NCBI GenBank assembly: GCA_023301245.1
Contig: JALZUV010000087.1
Coordinates: 1-33,146 of the forward strand
Reading direction: 5' to 3'
Origin: Rickettsiales bacterium
Lineage (GTDB): Bacteria; Pseudomonadota; Alphaproteobacteria; Rickettsiales; JALZUV01
Length of the DNA: 33,146 nt
The notes under the pieces were generated by a model that did no database searches, was not told the origin of the DNA, and was given only the letters and a program-made list of their open reading frames with translations. Shown one piece after another: positions 1-9,498 of the stretch (positions are counted from its first letter, which is position 1; each line of letters begins with the position of its first letter). The position numbers and the translations under genes were made by a program.

Positions 1-284
1 CGAAGAGGACGAAGCCGAAGAGGACGAAGCCGAAGAGGACGAAGCCGAAGAGGACGACGAAATCACGGAAGACGCCATCCTCGAAATGTCACACAAAGAG
101 CTAAAAGAGGTCATCGAAGAGAACGAACTCGAAATCGACCTCAACGAGTACAAGAAGACGGCTAAGGGCCTCAAAGAGCTACGCGCCGCCGTCATCGAAT
201 ACCTCGAAGAGGACGAAGAGGAGGACGAAGAGGACGACGAAATCACGGAAGACGCCATCCTCGAAATGTCACACAAAGAGCTAA
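1..284 (+). repeat. Intragenic repeats: 15-bp tandem unit and 59-bp exact duplication
   Basis: CGAAGAGGACGAAGC x3+ from position 1; 46-104 is identical to 226-284. Confidence 0.9.
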
Positions 285-592
285 TCGCCCTTTGCGAAGA
301 CGAAGAGCTGGAAACAGACCCTGACGACTTTAAGAAGTCCAGCAAGGGTACTGCCAAATTCGCCAAAGCCATCATTGCGGAACTCTCCGAAGACGACGAA
401 GCCGAAGAGGACGAAGAGGAGGACGAAGACGAAGAGCAGCCTTACACAAAGAAAGAGTTAGAGGCGATGCCAATAGCTGACCTCAAGAAACTCTTCTCTG
501 GTTGGGACTTGGGCAAATTCCCTAAGGGCGCTGAAAAGGTCCAACGGAAGAAAGCCATCGCGACTATCCTTGAAGCGCAAGACGAGGATTAA
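1..592 (+). CDS. Very acidic protein with repeated Rho_N/HeH-like modules (5' truncated)
   Basis: Frame open from the window edge; D/E tracts separate helical repeats; the C-terminal ELEAMPIADLKKL...KKAIATILEAQ resembles the Rho N-terminal domain. Confidence 0.65.
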   Translation, partial: EEDEAEEDEAEEDEAEEDDEITEDAILEMSHKELKEVIEENELEIDLNEYKKTAKGLKELRAAVIEYLEEDEEEDEEDDEITEDAILEMSHKELIALCEDEELETDPDDFKKSSKGTAKFAKAIIAELSEDDEAEEDEEEDEDEEQPYTKKELEAMPIADLKKLFSGWDLGKFPKGAEKVQRKKAIATILEAQDED

Positions 593-597
593 ATCTT

Positions 598-1707
598 ATG
601 CCGATCAAGAAACGACCAATCAAAATGGGCGGGTCTATTCGGAAAAGAAAGGGCGCGGGGAAACCTGCGCCCAAATCTTTTAAGTTAGCGGGTACAGAGG
701 TAGGCGAAATCCTTCTCGACGCTAACACGACCTACGGCCTAGGTACTGCTCAAATGGGCAGAGACATCAAACCCATAAAACGTATTCGTACAGGGATATT
801 TGCGTTAGACGTAGCGTTAGGTGGTGGTTGGATGCCCTCTCGTGCCGTTATGGCGTACGGGGAAAAATCCACAGGTAAGACGTCCATAGCCATGCGTACA
901 GCGGTAAGGATGCAACGACTATTCCCAGACCAAATCGTCGTATACATCGACGTAGAGCACACATTCGATATGATTTACTTCGTCAAGCTCGGCGGAGATA
1001 AGGACCGTATACTTATTGTGGAGCCAACATCTGGCGAACTAGCTGTGGACATGGCCGATGCTATGATACGCGCAGCCGAAGTCTCTCTCGTCGTTGTGGA
1101 CAGTATAGCTATGATGGTCCCTATGGCGGAAATCGACGCATCAGCCGATGCAAACCAAGTGGGCATACAAGCGCGTCTTATAAACAGATACGTGCGTAAG
1201 ATGACACAAGCCATCATGGCCGAACGTCATCGCGGACACAGGCCCTTGGTATTCAACATCAACCAGTTCCGCATGAAGATCGGCGTATCCTTCGGGGACC
1301 CTAGGACACTTCCGGGAGGCAAGGGATTGGAGTTCTCTACCTCGCAGCAACTAGAGACCCGTATTAAAAAGGATATGGACAAAAACAAAATGGTTATGCG
1401 TAACGAGCATACCGTTGTGGTCACGAAAAACAAAACAGGCGGACGTTATACCGAAGCCAAGTTTAAAACCGTTGTCACGCCCCATAAAGGCATGCCAGAG
1501 GGTTTCATCGACCAGACGCGGACCATCGTTGATTGGGCTAAGCGATACGACTTATGCGAAGGCCAATACTACATCCCTCTATTGGACAAAAAGTTCCGAA
1601 CCTACGATGAAATTACAGCGGAGTTCGTAACGGACCCCGAAGCGTGTGATGCCTACCAAGGCGAGATTATACACGCCATCATGGACGATTGGGGCTTGCT
1701 TCAATAA
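598..1707 (+). CDS. recA: RecA/UvsX-family recombinase
   Basis: TGIFALDVALGGG, Walker A GEKSTGKT, YIDVEH, Walker B LVVVDSI, INQFRMKIGV.FGDP..PGG.GL.F. Confidence 0.96.
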   Translation: MPIKKRPIKMGGSIRKRKGAGKPAPKSFKLAGTEVGEILLDANTTYGLGTAQMGRDIKPIKRIRTGIFALDVALGGGWMPSRAVMAYGEKSTGKTSIAMRTAVRMQRLFPDQIVVYIDVEHTFDMIYFVKLGGDKDRILIVEPTSGELAVDMADAMIRAAEVSLVVVDSIAMMVPMAEIDASADANQVGIQARLINRYVRKMTQAIMAERHRGHRPLVFNINQFRMKIGVSFGDPRTLPGGKGLEFSTSQQLETRIKKDMDKNKMVMRNEHTVVVTKNKTGGRYTEAKFKTVVTPHKGMPEGFIDQTRTIVDWAKRYDLCEGQYYIPLLDKKFRTYDEITAEFVTDPEACDAYQGEIIHAIMDDWGLLQ

Positions 1708-2111
1708 TGACAGGTCATAGAGAAAACCCATGGATGTCCCGCAAACGCAAACGTTTGCAAACCTCCGAAGGGCAACGCCGTTCCCCCAAACAGGAAAAAC
1801 AAACGGCTAAACGTCTGGGGGGACGAACGGTCCATGGCTCGGGGCGGTTCTCTAAGAAAGGGGACGTATACGTGCCAGACCTCCTACGCGTCGAGAGTAA
1901 AACCACACAAGCCAAAAGCTTTAGGGTAACTCTCGACATGTTTGCCAAGGTAGAACGGGCGTCCTTACTCTGTAATGAAATCCCTGCTATGGATATTGAG
2001 TTCCTAGACGATAGGGGCAAACCCACTAAACAATTCGTAGTTCTCGACTTTAGAGACTTCGAAACTCTTATAAAAAGGCTACAAGATGCCGAAGCTCAAA
2101 ATCCCTCGTAA
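1707..2111 (+). CDS. Hjc-like PD-(D/E)XK Holliday junction resolvase
   Basis: E...AKRLGG...GSG....KGDV......VESKTT..SF motif; start taken at the TAATG overlap with recA. Confidence 0.75.
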   Translation: MTGHRENPWMSRKRKRLQTSEGQRRSPKQEKQTAKRLGGRTVHGSGRFSKKGDVYVPDLLRVESKTTQAKSFRVTLDMFAKVERASLLCNEIPAMDIEFLDDRGKPTKQFVVLDFRDFETLIKRLQDAEAQNPS

Positions 2112-2988
2112 CGTAGTTCTAGACACGTTCACACAGCCTTTCTACGATAACTATAGAACCCGCCTTACCAAAGACTACCGCTTCCATGTATCGGATATCA
2201 TACAGACCGAAAAATCTAGGGTGTTCTGCCCTCGCCAAAAGGTATTGTGGTTCACACAACCTCGCGAGGAAATGCCCCGCCGCATCACGCCGGGATTTGA
2301 GTTGTTGTTTGCGCGCGGCAACTTCCTTCACGATTACATAAGAGACCGCTTCGCAGACAGAAGCCCCTACGGACACACGCTTTACGGTTGGTGGAAGTGC
2401 CGAAACTGCAAACACGCCCTACCCGACGCTACCCTAAAGAAAGTAGTCCGTAAGAAATGCCCGTCTTGTAAACGTCGTAACAAGAACAAGATAAACAACA
2501 TATGGCAAAACGAGTTATGGGAATACCAAGAGCTGGACCTAGAACACCCATCCCTGCACATAGTCGGTCACCCAGACATGATACTCTTCAAGGACGGGAA
2601 GTATTACCTATACGAGATAAAATCTATTGATCGCGCTGATATAGACTTCTCGGAATTAGATGCACCCTTAGGCGACCATACATTGCAGGCCAGCTTCTAC
2701 TATTACCTTATGAAGATCGCGGGATACAATGTGTCTCCCTATATACGATACATATATGTTGACCGTAGTAACAGCACATTATTCAAAGGGTCCTTCGTCA
2801 AAGAGTTCACAATAAAGCGCAGCCCGTACTCTCGACTAGAGCCTTTTTTGAAGAAGGTCGCCCAAGCGGGAAAAGGTATTGAAAAAAGAAAGTTGCCACC
2901 GAAGATATGCAAGAGTATAACGGGGTCACGAGCCAAGGAATGTGGTCGTGCCGTAGAATGCTTCGCAAAGAGAACCCGCAATGTATAA
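2086..2988 (+). CDS. Cas4-like PD-(D/E)XK exonuclease with Zn-ribbon insert
   Basis: N-terminal CPR, G...H, GHPD, YEIKS, Q...Y, three C-terminal Cys; CxxC...CxxC insert. Confidence 0.8.
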   Translation: MPKLKIPRNVVLDTFTQPFYDNYRTRLTKDYRFHVSDIIQTEKSRVFCPRQKVLWFTQPREEMPRRITPGFELLFARGNFLHDYIRDRFADRSPYGHTLYGWWKCRNCKHALPDATLKKVVRKKCPSCKRRNKNKINNIWQNELWEYQELDLEHPSLHIVGHPDMILFKDGKYYLYEIKSIDRADIDFSELDAPLGDHTLQASFYYYLMKIAGYNVSPYIRYIYVDRSNSTLFKGSFVKEFTIKRSPYSRLEPFLKKVAQAGKGIEKRKLPPKICKSITGSRAKECGRAVECFAKRTRNV

Positions 2989-3520
2989 AACTTTCGTATG
3001 TATAGACTTCTCCCTACGGTCCACGGGCCTTGCTATCATGGACCACATGGAGAACGTAGCGGCAACACACCGCATCACAACGAAGTCGGGGCTTTCCGAC
3101 CATAAAACCACGGATGAAATCGTCGGGCAGGTATTCGACATTGTAAACGAAAACCCACACATAGGGAGCATAGAGGACACACTCGTCGTTATAGAGGATT
3201 ACGCCATGGGGCGTTTTCAGGGTAAGAGCTTTGCCCGTGCGGAATGCGTAGGCGCGCTGCTATGGAATTTCCGCCAAGACAGCTACCCTATTATAGCTGT
3301 ATCCCCAACAACTCTGAAATCCTATGTCGCGGAAGGCTATACGGCGGGCAAAGCGGGGAAAGCCACCAAGGCTGAGATGCAAGCCGCCGTACACGGTATA
3401 ACAGGGAATTGGTATGCCAACGACGATATAAATGACGCGGTAGCTCTCGGCTTGTTTGCTAACGCCGTATTCACACAGGGAAAAAAGCTCACATACAGAG
3501 CACGTACGCAAATGGTATAA
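2981..3520 (+). CDS. ruvC: RuvC-like Holliday junction resolvase
   Basis: IDFSLRSTG, VVIEDY, SPTTLKSY, G.ATK.EM, DDINDAVAL. Confidence 0.85.
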   Translation: MYKTFVCIDFSLRSTGLAIMDHMENVAATHRITTKSGLSDHKTTDEIVGQVFDIVNENPHIGSIEDTLVVIEDYAMGRFQGKSFARAECVGALLWNFRQDSYPIIAVSPTTLKSYVAEGYTAGKAGKATKAEMQAAVHGITGNWYANDDINDAVALGLFANAVFTQGKKLTYRARTQMV

Positions 3521-3550
3521 TTATTATTCGCAAACGTTTGCAAAACCCGC

Positions 3551-3578
3551 TTGACATTTTATCCCCATGCGTCATTAT
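3551..3578 (+). promoter_or_regulatory. sigma70-like promoter, with palindrome at 3530-3541 just upstream
   Basis: TTGACA-16 nt-CATTAT. Confidence 0.6.
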
Positions 3579-3635
3579 CCATTCATCGGAGCAACATTGC
3601 CCCGTCCAGTAAGCCAACAAACGAGGTAATCCATC

Positions 3636-4814
3636 ATGGCACTTAAAAAAAGCACCGCTAAGAAACCAGCGGCAAAAAAGACTTCTTCTAAGCTGAAAAC
3701 CAGCACCGCGAAGAAAGCAGCCCCCAAAGCAACGAAGAAAACAAACAATAAAGTTGCACGCACGCCGTCATACAAAGTCGGAGATCACGCAACGTTCAAT
3801 GGTTATTCCAGCGACAATGACGACCCGCTCTTCGAAGCTGGCGATACGCTTGCAGTGGTAGGCATCGCCAAAGACAGCGAGAAAAACAAGGTCATCCAAG
3901 TGGTTGCCGTCGAAGACTTCGAAGAGCACATGGCCGACCCGAATGCCAAAGACGGCCCAGACGGCGACGAAGTTCTGCCTTCCGAACTTACGAAGATCAA
4001 GAAAGAGAAAGTCGTCAAAGACCCATACGCTCTCAAAATCACTCACGTCGCCGGTATGGAAGAATATCTCGAAGGTGATTTGGTCAACAACGCCAAGGAG
4101 CTTCAAGACGCCGCTGCGCGTTCCACGTTCTACCTTGGGGGTCTTATCACTGAGCTTTACAAGGACCAGCGTTTCCGCAAGGATTACAAAGGTTACGAAG
4201 ACGAGCTTAACGATGACGAGACACCTCGCAAGGGTACTGGTTGGGCGAAGTTCTGTGAGGAAGAGCTTGGCATGTCCACACGGAAAGCTAGCGACCTTCA
4301 AATGGTCTACATGAACTTCGGTACACTCGAAGACTTCGGTACAGACCAGCTCGACGACATCGGTTGGTCCAAGGCGGTCATCATCGCGCCGTACGTTACC
4401 AACGCCAATGCGGAAGAGGTTATCAAGATTGCCGAGAACACGGGCGTCCGTGACCTTCGTGAGGCAATGAAAACCGATTACTTGGAAGATCGTACGTCTG
4501 GCACAAACCGCGTATCTACGTCTATGAAGCGCATCACGTTCGGCCCATTCAAACTTCTCGAAGACCAAGCGGAAAGCGTCGAAGAAATCTTCAAACGCGC
4601 CCGCAAACAGTTCGGTATCGACGACGCCGACTTGTTGTTCGAAGCCATCGTCACTCAGTGGGCTATGGAAAATCTTGGCGAGACAGCATCCAAAGCTGCC
4701 CGCGCTAAGCGCAACAAGAGGCGTAAAGAGCTTAAGGGCAAAAAGGTTGACGTGTCTGCGTCGGTAGAGCACGAAAAGCGCTTGAACAAGCTTATCGAAA
4801 AGAACGACGTCTAA
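3636..4814 (+). CDS. Probably abundant protein with histone-H1-like K/A/T tail; putative DNA-binding
   Basis: AKKPAAKK tail; GAGGT RBS; strong codon bias; central W..FCEEELGMS.RKA..L..VY HTH-like segment. Confidence 0.7.
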   Translation: MALKKSTAKKPAAKKTSSKLKTSTAKKAAPKATKKTNNKVARTPSYKVGDHATFNGYSSDNDDPLFEAGDTLAVVGIAKDSEKNKVIQVVAVEDFEEHMADPNAKDGPDGDEVLPSELTKIKKEKVVKDPYALKITHVAGMEEYLEGDLVNNAKELQDAAARSTFYLGGLITELYKDQRFRKDYKGYEDELNDDETPRKGTGWAKFCEEELGMSTRKASDLQMVYMNFGTLEDFGTDQLDDIGWSKAVIIAPYVTNANAEEVIKIAENTGVRDLREAMKTDYLEDRTSGTNRVSTSMKRITFGPFKLLEDQAESVEEIFKRARKQFGIDDADLLFEAIVTQWAMENLGETASKAARAKRNKRRKELKGKKVDVSASVEHEKRLNKLIEKNDV

Positions 4815-4839
4815 ATTGTAATAGACATCGTTTAGGGGG

Positions 4840-4869
4840 AGGGTCGGCCTGTGGGGGCTGGCCCTTTTT
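4840..4869 (+). terminator. Rho-independent terminator
   Basis: AGGGTCGGCCT-gtgg-GGGCTGGCCCT followed by TTTT. Confidence 0.85.
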
Positions 4870-4905
4870 CTATTCAAAGGTTGTAAACGTATATGGATAC
4901 GCGTA

Positions 4906-5430
4906 ATGAGTAAGATGACATGGTATCACAAGATACCGCTACCTCAGGGGCGAACAAACGGCAGGGTAAGAAAACGGATAGCCAACTCGTCCAAAGGGAT
5001 AGAGCGCACTATAGCTATAAAGAACCCCCACAACATATACCGTACAAAGAACCTAGGCACCTACCACCACATAGTCGGGGTCCGCGTTAAGTTATTCTCC
5101 CTCAATGACGTTGCCAAATTCTTAGGACTGAACTACCATACACTTAAACGTTGGTACAAAGACGACGCATTGCCCACACCCTTCATCACTTTCAAAGGAC
5201 AGGACCGTTCTCAGCCTATGTGGATAGCGGGTCAGATAAATTGCTTTGTCCGCGTTCTTAACGATATTTACGCTGGTGGTTACGTAAGCGTCCCGTGGCG
5301 GTCCCTACCCAGACATGTAGGTATGATCGAAGCGGGGGCTAAAGAGGCCGTAGACCGCTGGAACCGTAACAACACGGGGGAAAAAGAGGTGGATACTACC
5401 GATAAGTATGGTATCGAATTACACGATTAG
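4906..5430 (+). CDS. MerR/Xis-type HTH protein
   Basis: FSLNDVAKFLGLNYHTLKRWYKDDALP. Confidence 0.7.
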   Translation: MSKMTWYHKIPLPQGRTNGRVRKRIANSSKGIERTIAIKNPHNIYRTKNLGTYHHIVGVRVKLFSLNDVAKFLGLNYHTLKRWYKDDALPTPFITFKGQDRSQPMWIAGQINCFVRVLNDIYAGGYVSVPWRSLPRHVGMIEAGAKEAVDRWNRNNTGEKEVDTTDKYGIELHD

Positions 5431-5445
5431 TATGTCCTACACCTC

Positions 5446-5474
5446 TTGCTTTACCTGCACTATTACCCTATAAC
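5446..5474 (+). promoter_or_regulatory. sigma70-like promoter
   Basis: TTGCTT-17 nt-TATAAC in an intergenic gap. Confidence 0.6.
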
Positions 5475-5515
5475 TAACCATACATAACCCCACCCCAAAC
5501 CAATCGAGCGATATA

Positions 5516-6850
5516 ATGGTTTCCTTACTTAATGCCAAGCGTTACGCTAAATTCCCAGAGAACCCCGACGACTACCCCTACGACAAGTTCGAAAGCCTAC
5601 ACCCAGCCCTACACCGCACAGGGACGTATCGCGATAAAGTCACGGGCATCGAATACTTTATCGACCTAGAGTTAGGCGAATGCGAATGCAAAAACGGTAA
5701 CGCATGGATGTGGGACCGCAAGGGCGAGAAATACTACGCAAACAAATATTGTAAGCATAAGCTTAAGCTCATGGCCTCCGCTATCGACGCGGCCATAGCG
5801 GACAAAGGGTCCCGCTGGGATGACGACGAATTACTGTGGACGTATATCAAAGCGACGGGGACCCGCTACAACGTATGGGAAGTCGTCAGCGCTTTCCACA
5901 AAGAGCTACGCCGCGCTGACTTTCCTAAAGCTTGGTTCTGGGGAAATATCCTAATGACCAAGCGCGGGGGCAAAGGTCTCGCTAAGTACATGCTCAATAT
6001 CATATACGAAGAGACACGCGACCACGAACTAGCCGACAGCCTTATTGTTCTCGCTGGCTTGAAGCAACCGTCACCTAAGCAATTGCACAGACACATCGCA
6101 TGGTTCTGCGCTTCGGTTAAAAAGTGGGAACTAGACCACCGCTACGAGGTATTCGAAAGCGAAATGGCAGGCTACGCGTGGCTCGTTAAGAACTACGGCA
6201 AATCTGTAGCCAAGGGTGGGGAAATCATTGACAGCGCCGAATACCCCAAGCTTCGCAAACGTTTGCTAAGTGGTTACAAAAAGCGAGACAAAGCTAAATT
6301 CCAATCAGGCCTTAAGGGTATACAAAAGATGAAAACCATCGGGGGCCAAAAACTAGACGATCACCGCGTGGATTTATTCAACGAGCTTATGCAGATAGCC
6401 GAAGACTTTGGCGAGGACGATGCAATGCGGGTAGGCGAAGTCGTCATGCGCCGCGTTAATAAAGGCTTTCCTATCGGTTACCATGAAATAAACGCCGTAG
6501 CTGACGCGCTAATGGGCGAGACATACGAAGCGGGCCTATTACCCAAAAAGGACAGAAAACACGCCCTACGCATCCCTTTCAAGTCAATAAAGAGGGGTCA
6601 CTTCCCTAATATACCTCTTTACGCTCAAGATAATCATACGTGGCTCGGCAAGGGCCTGCTGCGTAAGCACCCAGAACAACTTCAACCGAACGTTAAGCAA
6701 AAAAACTTAGACTTCCGTATATGCGGGGCGTACTACGGTGTGTGCTGGCGAACGCTTGCCTATAAGCAATTCCAAGCGATTGATTGCGAGTGGCACGAGG
6801 TTAACTGGCCCAAGCATTTACACAAAACAGTCTCCGACCTCTGGTATTAA
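5516..6850 (+). CDS. SWIM Zn-finger plus MgsA/RarA C-terminal-like helical domain
   Basis: CEC...CKH; VSAFHKELRRAD...A..W; IPLYAQDNHT. Confidence 0.6.
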   Translation: MVSLLNAKRYAKFPENPDDYPYDKFESLHPALHRTGTYRDKVTGIEYFIDLELGECECKNGNAWMWDRKGEKYYANKYCKHKLKLMASAIDAAIADKGSRWDDDELLWTYIKATGTRYNVWEVVSAFHKELRRADFPKAWFWGNILMTKRGGKGLAKYMLNIIYEETRDHELADSLIVLAGLKQPSPKQLHRHIAWFCASVKKWELDHRYEVFESEMAGYAWLVKNYGKSVAKGGEIIDSAEYPKLRKRLLSGYKKRDKAKFQSGLKGIQKMKTIGGQKLDDHRVDLFNELMQIAEDFGEDDAMRVGEVVMRRVNKGFPIGYHEINAVADALMGETYEAGLLPKKDRKHALRIPFKSIKRGHFPNIPLYAQDNHTWLGKGLLRKHPEQLQPNVKQKNLDFRICGAYYGVCWRTLAYKQFQAIDCEWHEVNWPKHLHKTVSDLWY

Positions 6851-6859
6851 GGAAAACAC

Positions 6860-7330
6860 ATGCCCGACCAAACTAAGGCAACCGCCGCGCACATATACCA
6901 AGACGGGGGGATATACAGAGACGTTCACGTAGAGCACATGTACGACGCGTTCTTTAACAACGTGGATATATCCGATATTACGCTTGGCAATTTGCAAACA
7001 TACACAAAGATATTTCACGGTGACGACCACCTTGCACCAACAAAAGGTATGTTCGAAAACCTCGCCCTCGCCCACCCATTCTTTACCCAGTTCGGCCACG
7101 TCACGTTGCTACCTGTCGAACCCGAAGAGCAAGTCCCAGCCTTTGCTCATGGTAAAACACACAAGGCATCTATCATATCGTTAGGCGGGGTTCACACCCA
7201 GTACCAATACGCAGACAACTTAGTAAATGCGGGCTTCCTCGCTTACTTACAGCTTGTCCGTCATTACGTTATGGAGCAGTGCACAAACGGAGCCTTAGAC
7301 GGCCTCAGCACAGGTAACACTAAGCACTAA
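6860..7330 (+). CDS. Hypothetical protein
   Basis: ORF with AAGGA RBS, tight packing. Confidence 0.75.
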   Translation: MPDQTKATAAHIYQDGGIYRDVHVEHMYDAFFNNVDISDITLGNLQTYTKIFHGDDHLAPTKGMFENLALAHPFFTQFGHVTLLPVEPEEQVPAFAHGKTHKASIISLGGVHTQYQYADNLVNAGFLAYLQLVRHYVMEQCTNGALDGLSTGNTKH

Positions 7331-7355
7331 TACCAACCACTGGCAGGAGCGAACA

Positions 7356-7802
7356 ATGCCAATACGTAAAAGAATATCCGACCCCTTCGGCAAAGACGTA
7401 AAAATCGTCGAACGTAATATGAAGTACGGTAAGCCCCCCAAGAAGCCTGCACGACCACGCTGGCGGGGGGAAGCAAAACCACTCGGTGACGCCCTAATGA
7501 AAATCCCGCTTAACCATATCATTAAGCGCAAGGACTACCTTATCTACCTCAAAAAGTATTCCAAGTTATTCGCTATCTACGGCGTAACGGTAGACCTCTA
7601 TCCCTGCTACGATAACCTCACGCTTGACGATGCCCACAAGGTATGCACGGGCGTCATGGTTACCCTACACAGACCTATGGTCCACAAATCTCTTTACCCA
7701 AAAATGATCCTAAAAGCTTCCACGGAAAAAGGCATAAGACAAGAGCGATGGTTAGGGACCGTACTTGATTGGATTGAGACCGAAGTTTACGGTAAATTAT
7801 AA
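7356..7802 (+). CDS. Hypothetical basic protein (MPIRKR N-terminus)
   Basis: AGGAG RBS; ORF. Confidence 0.8.
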   Translation: MPIRKRISDPFGKDVKIVERNMKYGKPPKKPARPRWRGEAKPLGDALMKIPLNHIIKRKDYLIYLKKYSKLFAIYGVTVDLYPCYDNLTLDDAHKVCTGVMVTLHRPMVHKSLYPKMILKASTEKGIRQERWLGTVLDWIETEVYGKL

Positions 7803-8776
7803 TGACCAAACGCGCCCGAAGAAAATTAGTAAAGGTTGATGTAGCTGCCGTCCGTGCAGCCAAAAAGCAAGACCTTATAGAAACAGCCGTCGTAGATATA
7901 TTGTCCAACTTTCCTATGGGTTCCCTACGTATACGGTTCTCCGTTAAGACGGTACGCGCTTACATCTGCATACCTAGGGTGCATGACGTACAGCCTATAA
8001 ACACCTTGGCTAGAAAATTTATATATCATGCCACACACGCGGGGACTTCACTGCGCAATCGCAAGGCTGACCCCCCGTCAAGGGTATTGCACATACTAGG
8101 CGAAAACCCTTCCGACAAACTTTCCGAAGCGTTTGGCGATCTGTGGCGTCGTTCTCGTGTAACGGGTACGAATACCTATTGGGTGGGGTCATTTAACTCC
8201 GCTATAGCCGAAGCCCGCAAAGCCCGCAGCGATGATATGCTACGCCCCGAAATTGACGCCACAATGGCCCGCGCCATTAAAGCCTTTACGGACCTACCTC
8301 GCGGACCTTACATGGAGCCAGCGGCCTTAAAAGATACTATAGCGGACCTTACCGCAGCGATTAACCCACCCCTTAAAACCGCGAATTACTTGGAGCGGTA
8401 CGAAGGCATCGGCGGCGACCACAATATCTACATTGTAACGAAACCTTTCGCAGTAGCGGGCAGGCACCACAAGGTCGGAGAGACCTTAGACTTCGCAAAT
8501 GCAGGCGCGGCTAACCGTTACCTACAAGGCGGTGTACTAACACGCGTGGACAACACACAAGTAACTACGGACGATGTACGAAACGCGTCGACCTTCCTAG
8601 CCAGAAAACGAGTCCAGCACCACGCCGCTAGACGTAAGGCTCCCGACAAACCCTTGAGCTTAAGCGAGATAAAGGCTAAAGCGGGTATAACGCCCAGACC
8701 TAAAGTCCCGCCCAAAACTATCCATAGCGCAGAGACGTTCACAGATACTAACGATTGGAACCTAAACGATGACTAA
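7802..8776 (+). CDS. Hypothetical protein
   Basis: 324-aa ORF, TAATG coupling. Confidence 0.8.
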   Translation: MTKRARRKLVKVDVAAVRAAKKQDLIETAVVDILSNFPMGSLRIRFSVKTVRAYICIPRVHDVQPINTLARKFIYHATHAGTSLRNRKADPPSRVLHILGENPSDKLSEAFGDLWRRSRVTGTNTYWVGSFNSAIAEARKARSDDMLRPEIDATMARAIKAFTDLPRGPYMEPAALKDTIADLTAAINPPLKTANYLERYEGIGGDHNIYIVTKPFAVAGRHHKVGETLDFANAGAANRYLQGGVLTRVDNTQVTTDDVRNASTFLARKRVQHHAARRKAPDKPLSLSEIKAKAGITPRPKVPPKTIHSAETFTDTNDWNLNDD

Positions 8777-9350
8777 TGCAGACAAAGTACCCAACCTAGC
8801 GGAAGCTGGTATAGTCGTGCCCGAAAATATGATCGTAGGCAAAACGGAGAAAAGACCTCCTATGGGGTTACAGTTAAAGCTATCCGCACGAAAAGAAGCC
8901 TTGCTTTTATGTACGTTGATACGGGCGGGGACGACCCAGACCATAAAGATGCTTTGGCCTATTGTCTTTTCGTCAAAGTTTGTAAACGCATTGAACATGG
9001 CGGAGAACGAACTTGTCAGGAGTGTCGATGCGAAAGTGCTCGGCAATATAGCCCGCACTATTAAAGCATTCTCAGATGACGAAGGCGTAGCAGCCTATAG
9101 GAACTCTCTCACACAAGAGACCTCTTTGCTTGCCGCAGTATATGTCATAGGTGACTTGGTAGGGCGCGGATATGCAGCACCAGAAGGCAGCGCCCTAGCC
9201 TATGTAATGACAGCGGCTACACAGGGCGCACCCATACTTTTTAGGGACACCACGGAAGACATGGACCGCGTAAATGAATATGCGGAAGTCTTGCTTAGTG
9301 CGGCAAAAAACCATGGCTTTTTATTCGAGCCTCGTTTACTTTCCTCTTAA
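8769..9350 (+). CDS. Hypothetical protein
   Basis: 193-aa ORF with a short overlap of the upstream gene. Confidence 0.75.
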   Translation: MTNADKVPNLAEAGIVVPENMIVGKTEKRPPMGLQLKLSARKEALLLCTLIRAGTTQTIKMLWPIVFSSKFVNALNMAENELVRSVDAKVLGNIARTIKAFSDDEGVAAYRNSLTQETSLLAAVYVIGDLVGRGYAAPEGSALAYVMTAATQGAPILFRDTTEDMDRVNEYAEVLLSAAKNHGFLFEPRLLSS

Positions 9351-9383
9351 TAACGGAACACACCACCACGCGGAGCAAAAAGC

Positions 9384-9497
9384 ATGGAACAAAATAAAAA
9401 TCAAAAGGCAAGCGAATACTGGCTTGCCCCGATAGCCCGTATCCTAGGCTGCTTGACTATCATCATTTTTGTGCTAAAATTTTTATTAGGAGTTTAA
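9384..9497 (+). CDS. 37-aa single-pass membrane peptide (not in ORF track)
   Basis: CGGAGCA RBS at 9371; MEQNKNQKASEYWLAPIARILGCLTIIIFVLKFLLGV. Confidence 0.65.
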   Translation: MEQNKNQKASEYWLAPIARILGCLTIIIFVLKFLLGV

Positions 9498-9498
9498 T

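Noticed and set aside
3768-4877. 369-aa minus-strand ORF
   Set aside because: Antisense shadow of the codon-biased gene 3636-4814, which has the promoter, RBS and terminator; the product has no recognisable features
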